DNA of 38,916 nucleotides from a virus: IMG/VR virus record IMGVR_UViG_3300045988_128868, positions 1 to 38,916 of that record; one strand, 5' to 3'. Shown piece by piece: positions 34,288 to 38,916 of this stretch (position 1 is its first letter; each line of letters starts with the position of its first letter). The notes under the pieces were generated by a model. It saw only the letters and a program-made list of their open reading frames with translations, ran no database searches and was not told where the DNA came from. The position numbers and the translations under genes were made by a program.

Positions 34288-36294
34288 ATGAGTATAAGCT
34301 CAAACCTTGAGCGCATAAATGGCGCAAAAAGCACTCTGAAGACTTATCTGACCAATAACAATGTGGCGGTTCCGGACGGGACTAAAATCGATGCTATGGC
34401 AGAGCTGCTGGACGAAGTTAAAAGTGGCGTACTAACGGAGTCCTATACTTTTAATCAGCAACGTGCGGAAGTTATTAAGTATTTAACTGAAGTAACTTAC
34501 GACCCTGCCAACTATACTGTATCGCAAATACCTAATTATGTAACTGCTACAAGTTCAAACCGTCCTGTTGGGGTGGCAATTACAATTAAGGAAGCAGGTA
34601 CGCTGACTATAGTTGATGGTTACACGGGCAACAGCATCTCCAAACAAGTGAACGCCGGAACTATTACGGTTTACAACTGTACTCCGGGGTCAATTTCAAA
34701 ATTTGTCGTGCTAAACACCAACAATGCTATAGTCCAGCATGGGCTTATAAAACCTACTGGAACTTGTCGTATGATTTATATGACAAATGTTGATAATGTC
34801 CGAGACCTCGGTGGCTGGACGTGCGATGGAGGTACTGTGAAGTACGGCAAACTTTTCCGAGGCGGAGAGGTCTATGGCTTCTTAACCGAGGACGGAGCTG
34901 CACAGGCTCTTGATGTGCTTGGGATTGAAAAAGAGATAGATTTAAGATTTGACTCAGATTTAAATGGTAGAACTGAAAGTGGTTTTGGCAACTCAGTGGA
35001 TATGTTTCATGTTGACTTTACTTGGAATGATTTAAACTATCAAAAATCAAGTGGTAACATTAAAAAACTCTTTGACCCATTATTTGATTATGTAATCGCA
35101 GGACATCCCACATACTTCCATTGCTCTGCTGGAGCAGATAGAACTGGAGTTGTTGCTCTTCTCTGTGAAGCAGTGCTCGGTATGTCACAGTCAGATATGG
35201 ATAAAGAATATGAGTTAACTTGCTTTTATTCCGGCGTGGAAAATGACAATCAGGCGCGGCGAAGAAATGAGGCTATATGGACAAGAGAAATAAATATTAT
35301 TAACTCTTATTCAGGCACCACTTTTAGAGACAAAGCAGTTAATTATATGGTGTCATGTGGTATTACAATTGAGAAAATTAATGCTTTTAGAGCAGCAATG
35401 ATTAATGGCACACCAGATATCCTAACAGCAGATATTAATACCTATACAGTGACAAAGACATTAACTAATATAACAACGGACAATAATGCAACATCCGCGA
35501 AACAATATCAGTCCTATATAGCGCAAATACTGCCTGACGATGGGAAGATAATCGAAAACATTAAAGTAACAATGGGTGGAATAGATATTACCGGAGCAGT
35601 ATTTGATGGTAATGAGACCATACTAAGACGATCAATAACAAAAAATCTTACACAATGTACAAGCAGTAATACACGCATATATGCAATTAGTGGACAGTCT
35701 TATGTAACTAGCCTAATTGCTAATGAAGGATATAACATTAATAGCGTAAGTATAACAATGGGGGGTGTGGATGTGTCCACATTTTATAAAGACGGGATTA
35801 TTTCTATCCCAGAAGTAACGGGAGATATTGTAATAACAGCAACTGCAATTACACAAGCTCCCTCTTATACAAATCAGATCCCAATTAGTACGGATTCCGC
35901 TGGCGCGATTTATAATAATATTGGGTATAAAGATGGGTATCGAATAAGCGATAGTGGTGTTGATGAGGAATATGGTCATAAGTCTGTTACAGGCTTTATA
36001 CCGATTAAAAAAGGAGACACCATTCGTATCAAAGGGATTTATAATAATGATGTAAATTCATGTCGAATATGCACTTATGACAACTCTAAAACTTTTAAAG
36101 CAGCACGTAACGGAGCAATATTTGCCACAACGGGGTCTTACTCTTTGCTGAATGATATTATGACATATGCCCCTAATGAGTATTTCGTAGATGATGCTAC
36201 TCGTTATTTTCGCTTTTCTTGTGACACCGGTGCGCACACAGGGGAAGAAGATGGTTCAAAGTTAATTATTACTATTAACGAGCCGATAGAATAA
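34288..36294 (+). CDS. Large tail fibre / receptor-binding protein with an embedded protein-tyrosine-phosphatase-like (Y_phosphatase3-type) domain
   Basis: 668 aa. The fibre-type N-module is followed by NVRDLGGW...LFRGGE...IDLR...FHCSAGADRTG (CX5R P-loop; Cys codon at 35122-35124) and KEYELT. Two ...TMGG(I/V)D(I/V)... repeat domains and a beta-rich C-domain follow. GC is about 35%, against about 60% or more for the upstream fibre genes. Confidence 0.8.
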   Translation: MSISSNLERINGAKSTLKTYLTNNNVAVPDGTKIDAMAELLDEVKSGVLTESYTFNQQRAEVIKYLTEVTYDPANYTVSQIPNYVTATSSNRPVGVAITIKEAGTLTIVDGYTGNSISKQVNAGTITVYNCTPGSISKFVVLNTNNAIVQHGLIKPTGTCRMIYMTNVDNVRDLGGWTCDGGTVKYGKLFRGGEVYGFLTEDGAAQALDVLGIEKEIDLRFDSDLNGRTESGFGNSVDMFHVDFTWNDLNYQKSSGNIKKLFDPLFDYVIAGHPTYFHCSAGADRTGVVALLCEAVLGMSQSDMDKEYELTCFYSGVENDNQARRRNEAIWTREINIINSYSGTTFRDKAVNYMVSCGITIEKINAFRAAMINGTPDILTADINTYTVTKTLTNITTDNNATSAKQYQSYIAQILPDDGKIIENIKVTMGGIDITGAVFDGNETILRRSITKNLTQCTSSNTRIYAISGQSYVTSLIANEGYNINSVSITMGGVDVSTFYKDGIISIPEVTGDIVITATAITQAPSYTNQIPISTDSAGAIYNNIGYKDGYRISDSGVDEEYGHKSVTGFIPIKKGDTIRIKGIYNNDVNSCRICTYDNSKTFKAARNGAIFATTGSYSLLNDIMTYAPNEYFVDDATRYFRFSCDTGAHTGEEDGSKLIITINEPIE

Positions 36295-36309
36295 CAGGAG
36301 GTTAATGAT

Positions 36310-36402
36310 ATGAATATCTGCATATACGACAGCAACGGTCAAGGTACTATACTGCACTATGTACCGTCTCTGCTGGAAGGCTCGTATTTCCAGAAAGTAT
36401 AA
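36310..36402 (+). pseudogene. 30-aa ORF, probably a truncated remnant of a fibre-downstream gene
   Basis: AGGAGG lies 8 nt upstream. MNICIYDSNGQGTILHYVPSLLEGSYFQKV resembles only the N-terminus of small proteins usually found after Firmicutes fibre genes. Confidence 0.3.
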
Positions 36403-36417
36403 GAAAGTCAATATGCG

Positions 36418-36450
36418 ATAAGCGGCTATGGCGTTGCTATAGCCGCTTAT
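36418..36450. other. Perfect 12-bp inverted repeat (ATAAGCGGCTAT / ATAGCCGCTTAT) with a 9-nt loop
   Basis: Read directly from the sequence. There is no U-tract on either strand. Confidence 0.6.
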
Positions 36451-36576
36451 TTCGTCATATAAGCCGTCCAAAACAAAAGCATCAATTTTCACAACGAATA
36501 CGGCAAAGAAGCTTCACAGGGCGGCAATGAGATAATCCAGATACTTAACGAGGTATTCTTGAAAGGAGGTGGTGAA

Positions 36577-36882
36577 ATGGGTGCATGGGAAGTCTTCCTG
36601 GCTGTGGTAGGTGCGTGTGGAACTATTTGCGCAATAGTCTTTGGCTATCTCGCATATAAGCGGAACGGCAAAAGTGACAACAAAGACGAGGGCAAGAAAG
36701 ATGGTGTCGTTTTAACGGAACTCGGATACATAAAAAGCGGTGTCGATGACATCAAACGAAAGCAAGAAAAGCAGGATGACAGCATAAGGGAAGTCGTTGA
36801 AAGACTGAGTTCTGTTGAATCGTCCGCGAAACAAGCACACCATCGGATAGACGGCTTGGAGAGCCGTATGAGCGAAAAATAA
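36577..36882 (+). CDS. xhlA: XhlA-like membrane protein (lysis accessory)
   Basis: 101 aa from MGAWEVFLAVVGACGTICAIVFGYLAY (TM), then a coiled coil. GGAGG lies 7 nt upstream. Confidence 0.7.
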   Translation: MGAWEVFLAVVGACGTICAIVFGYLAYKRNGKSDNKDEGKKDGVVLTELGYIKSGVDDIKRKQEKQDDSIREVVERLSSVESSAKQAHHRIDGLESRMSEK

Positions 36883-36895
36883 GGAGGTCACATTT

Positions 36896-37243
36896 ATGTT
36901 TGCAGAATTTTGGTCGGAGTACGGTATGACATTGATCTACACCGTTTTAACGGCGGTGCTCGGCTTCATCGGAATCGCGATAAAGCAGATTCTTTCGAAG
37001 CTTTCCGCCGACAAGACTAAAGAGTCGGTCGTGAAAACTTGTGTCAACGCAGCGGAGCAGCTGTATAAAGATTTACACGGCGAAGAAAAGCTTGCGAAGG
37101 TCAAGGAAAACATCGTTGAAATGCTCAATGAGAAAGGCATATCAATATCTGATATCGAGATGGACATGCTTATCGAAGCGGCGGTTGCGGAAATCAATAA
37201 GCAGCTTAAGAAAAAGGAGGGTGCTGAAAATGGCAAAGACTAA
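36896..37243 (+). CDS. Holin (Holin_LLH / phi LC3-like)
   Basis: 115 aa with an N-terminal TM (LIYTVLTAVLGFIGIAI), then ...VNAAEQLY...GEEKLAKV...LIEAAVAEI. Confidence 0.8.
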   Translation: MFAEFWSEYGMTLIYTVLTAVLGFIGIAIKQILSKLSADKTKESVVKTCVNAAEQLYKDLHGEEKLAKVKENIVEMLNEKGISISDIEMDMLIEAAVAEINKQLKKKEGAENGKD

Positions 37244-38168
37244 TACAGGGCTCGTGGCATACGCAAAAGCGAACATCGGCAATCCGTATTGGTACGGCAC
37301 CTTTGGGCAGGTCGGCACACAGACGCTGCTTGACTCGAAGCGCAAGCAGTATCCGTCTTTTTATACAAGCGCCAGATATGCGGCGTGCAAGAAAGATATC
37401 GGCAAGCGCGTGCATGACTGTGTCGGTTTGATAAAAGGCTACCTGTGGAGCGACAGCGCTACAGCCGCGCCGAAATATAGCGCCGCGCAGGATGTGTCGG
37501 CAAACGGTATGCTTGCCAAATGTACCGAACACGGCAACATAAACAAGATACCCGAGATACCCGGCGTCCTAGTGTTTATGGATGGTCATGTGGGTGTGTA
37601 TGAGGGCAACGGCTATGTTATCGAGTGTACCGTCTCATACGGCGGTGGCGTCGTCAGAACCGCGCTTAAAAGCCGTCCCTGGGTACATTGGGGCAAATGT
37701 CCTTGGATAAGTTACAACAGCACTACAGCGGCACAGAAGCCGTCAGAATCGACCTCGAAACCGGGCGGCGGCATAAAGGTCGGAGATAAGGTGAAGATAA
37801 CCGGCACGAACTATGCCACGGGCCAGCGCGTACCTACTTGGGTGAAGCTGCGCAAATACACCGTAAGCAAGGTGCAGGACGGTAAAGCTCTGCTCAAGGA
37901 GATCAGCAGCTGGGTGCATACCAAAGATATAACAGTAGTATCGACGGCAAAGAAAGGTGTTGCAGTCGGTAGCACAGTGACCATCAAGAAAGGCGCTGTT
38001 TACGGCGGCTGTACCTCAGCGCGCGGAAAAGCGGTCCCGTCCGCTCAGCTTGTACCGACAAAGCACAAGGTAAGCAGGATACAGACAAACAAAGGCGTCA
38101 AAGAAGCCCTGCTCGGCGATATATCGAGCTGGGTAGCGGTGGCGAGCCTTGAGGAGGTTACAAAATGA
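37230..38168 (+). CDS. Endolysin: NlpC/P60-type cysteine peptidase plus two SH3-like wall-binding repeats
   Basis: 312 aa from MAKTNTGLVAYAK, with an AAGGAGG RBS. Catalytic Cys is in VHDCVGLIKGY and His in DGHVGVY. The C-terminal repeats end ISSWVHTKDI and ISSWVAVASL. Confidence 0.85.
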   Translation: MAKTNTGLVAYAKANIGNPYWYGTFGQVGTQTLLDSKRKQYPSFYTSARYAACKKDIGKRVHDCVGLIKGYLWSDSATAAPKYSAAQDVSANGMLAKCTEHGNINKIPEIPGVLVFMDGHVGVYEGNGYVIECTVSYGGGVVRTALKSRPWVHWGKCPWISYNSTTAAQKPSESTSKPGGGIKVGDKVKITGTNYATGQRVPTWVKLRKYTVSKVQDGKALLKEISSWVHTKDITVVSTAKKGVAVGSTVTIKKGAVYGGCTSARGKAVPSAQLVPTKHKVSRIQTNKGVKEALLGDISSWVAVASLEEVTK

Positions 38169-38497
38169 AAAAAGCAATGTTGTCACAGCCAATGCGCGGA
38201 AAAACCGAAGCGGAAATAAAGGCGACGAGAGAGCATGCCATAAGGGCACTTAAGGCTAAAGGCTATGAAGTCGTAAACACCTTGTTTACTGACGAGTGGT
38301 ATAGTGATGCTCAAATGAAGCAGCGCGGAGTAGAAAATATACCGCTTTGCTTTTTGGCAAAATCTCTTGAAAATATGTCGCTTTGTCATGCAGCATTTTT
38401 TTGCGAAGGTTGGGAAAATGCGCGCGGCTGCAAGATAGAGCACGAAGCAGCCGTAGCTTATGGGCTCGACATAATATATGAGAATGAGGAGGCATGA
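38165..38497 (+). CDS. DUF4406 / nucleoside 2-deoxyribosyltransferase-like protein
   Basis: 110 aa. The pattern MLSQPMRGKTEAEI...GYEVVNT...GWENARGCKIEHEAAVAYGLDI is visible. It has an ATGA overlap with the endolysin gene. Confidence 0.6.
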   Translation: MKKAMLSQPMRGKTEAEIKATREHAIRALKAKGYEVVNTLFTDEWYSDAQMKQRGVENIPLCFLAKSLENMSLCHAAFFCEGWENARGCKIEHEAAVAYGLDIIYENEEA

Positions 38498-38500
38498 CAT

Positions 38501-38596
38501 ATGATAACAGCAATTCTTTTCAACCTCATGAACATGCTCGGGCTTTATGGAGCTTGGGCGGTCGTACAGATTCTCAAGCTCTTCGGAGCGATTTAA
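38501..38596 (+). CDS. 31-aa hydrophobic peptide
   Basis: GAGGAGG lies 8 nt upstream. Translation is MITAILFNLMNMLGLYGAWAVVQILKLFGAI. A strong terminator follows. Confidence 0.4.
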   Translation: MITAILFNLMNMLGLYGAWAVVQILKLFGAI

Positions 38597-38603
38597 AACA
38601 CAA

Positions 38604-38636
38604 CCGGGCAGGGGATTTTTCCTCTGCCCGGTTTTC
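38604..38636 (+). terminator. Rho-independent terminator ending the late/lysis operon
   Basis: The stem pairs CCGGGCAGGGG with CCTCTGCCCGG, followed by TTTT. Confidence 0.8.
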
Positions 38637-38770
38637 TGCTTTATAAAGTACGCAGCTCCCGGTCTGACCGAGAGCCACAAGAAATAGGATATAGAGCTGG
38701 AGGCTCTTTATTGCATTATAGCATGATATGCTTTAAAAATCAAGCAATGTTTGCTCAGGTAAAAATCGAC

Positions 38771-38791
38771 CGTTACTACAGGGTTACTACG
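38771..38791 (+). promoter_or_regulatory. Putative integrase arm-type sites (GTTACTACAG / GTTACTACGG)
   Basis: The same motif and orientation as 155-175, about 75 nt from the attR core. Confidence 0.5.
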
Positions 38792-38822
38792 GATTTCATT
38801 TTGAGTGCATTGAAATAGAAAT

Positions 38823-38862
38823 GAAAAAAGCCTTGAAACCGTTGATACACAACGACTTCAAG
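38823..38862 (-). terminator. Phage-borne terminator immediately downstream of the tRNA 3' end
   Basis: On the minus strand, CTTGAAGTCGTTG-tgtat-CAACGGTTTCAAG (interrupted stem) is followed by GCTTTTTTC. Confidence 0.5.
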
Positions 38863-38864
38863 AC

Positions 38865-38916
38865 TTTTTCATGGTCGGAGTGACGGGATTCGAACCCATG
38901 GCCTCTTGGTCCCGAA
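38865..38916 (-). repeat. attR core (identical to 1-52)
   Basis: Perfect 52/52 match. The window ends here, so the full extent of identity is unknown. Confidence 0.85.
38872..38916 (-). tRNA. tRNA-Pro (anticodon CGG), 3' portion only; the gene continues beyond the window
   Basis: The reverse complement gives anticodon loop TTCGGGA, 3' anticodon stem CCAAG, variable region AGGCC, T-arm ATGGG-TTCGAAT-CCCGT, acceptor CACTCCG, discriminator A and an encoded CCA. G72 implies C1, as in bacterial tRNA-Pro. Confidence 0.75.

Larger units (their letters stand above)
1..38916. mobile_element. Complete integrated temperate prophage (siphovirus-like) bounded by 52-bp direct repeats in a tRNA-Pro gene
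   Basis: Perfect repeat 1-52 = 38865-38916. Integrase and CI/cro lie at the left end and the lysis cassette at the right end. The replication, packaging, head and tail modules between them are colinear. Confidence 0.9.

Noticed and set aside
36262-36492. 76-aa minus-strand ORF in the fibre-lysis intergenic region
   Set aside because: It has no RBS, overlaps the end of the fibre gene and the RBS-supported short plus ORF, and its translation has no recognisable features.
37041-37229. ORF-track N-terminal extensions (endolysin from 37041, fibre 1 from 32621, scaffold from 21843, AAA_24 from 7984)
   Set aside because: The extensions lie inside the preceding gene or lack an RBS. Internal ATGs with AGGAGG-type RBS give the expected family N-termini.
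38183-38680. 165-aa minus-strand ORF spanning the DUF4406 gene, the small peptide and the terminator
   Set aside because: It runs through a strong plus-strand terminator and opposes two RBS-supported plus-strand ORFs, with no RBS of its own.
1-38916. CRISPR arrays, rRNA genes, transposases/IS elements and internal tRNA genes
   Set aside because: No regularly spaced direct repeats, no transposase-like ORFs and no additional cloverleaf-compatible segments were seen on either strand.

Overview
The window is one complete integrated temperate prophage of about 38.8 kb. It has siphovirus-type architecture: tape measure protein, tail tube, no sheath. It is bounded by a perfect 52-bp direct repeat (1-52 = 38865-38916). 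That repeat is the 3' part of a minus-strand tRNA-Pro(CGG) gene, running from the anticodon loop to CCA plus 7 nt.

Gene order, left to right:
- attL and a tyrosine integrase (-)
- a CI-like XRE/S24 repressor (-), divergent from a cro-like gene (+) across a consensus promoter with palindromic operators
- a roughly 2.2-kb counter-oriented, AT-richer accessory island (Abi-alpha/DUF4393-like gene plus membrane proteins)
- antirepressor and early genes
- replication and recombination module (SMC-like ATPase, AAA_24/Sak4-like, DUF669, SF2 helicase, primase/AAA_25), followed by a C-tract iteron region
- a second regulatory node made of two convergent, overlapping XRE genes and a consensus promoter with TGTACA operators
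- RusA, YopX and a DUF1492 sigma-like late regulator
- terS, terL, portal, and a MuF head protein with a low-GC deaminase-like toxin C-terminus and a coupled acidic immunity-like ORF
- scaffold, P22-type coat, connectors, tail tube, and G/GT chaperones with a T_TTT_TTT -1 slippery site
- tape measure, then an antisense lipoprotein moron
- Dit/Tal-like proteins and three fibre genes, the last a low-GC 668-aa fibre carrying a CX5R protein-tyrosine-phosphatase-like domain
- XhlA, holin, NlpC/P60 endolysin, a DUF4406-like gene, a 31-aa hydrophobic peptide, and attR/tRNA

Most interesting candidates:
1. The phosphatase-domain tail fibre.
2. The MuF-deaminase-like toxin/immunity pair inside the head module.
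3. The Abi-alpha/membrane-protein island, transcribed against the lytic promoter.
4. The two-repeat lipoprotein next to the tape measure gene (possible Ltp-like injection block).
5. The second convergent-XRE switch.

All family names come from motif recognition in the translations. No database search was run.
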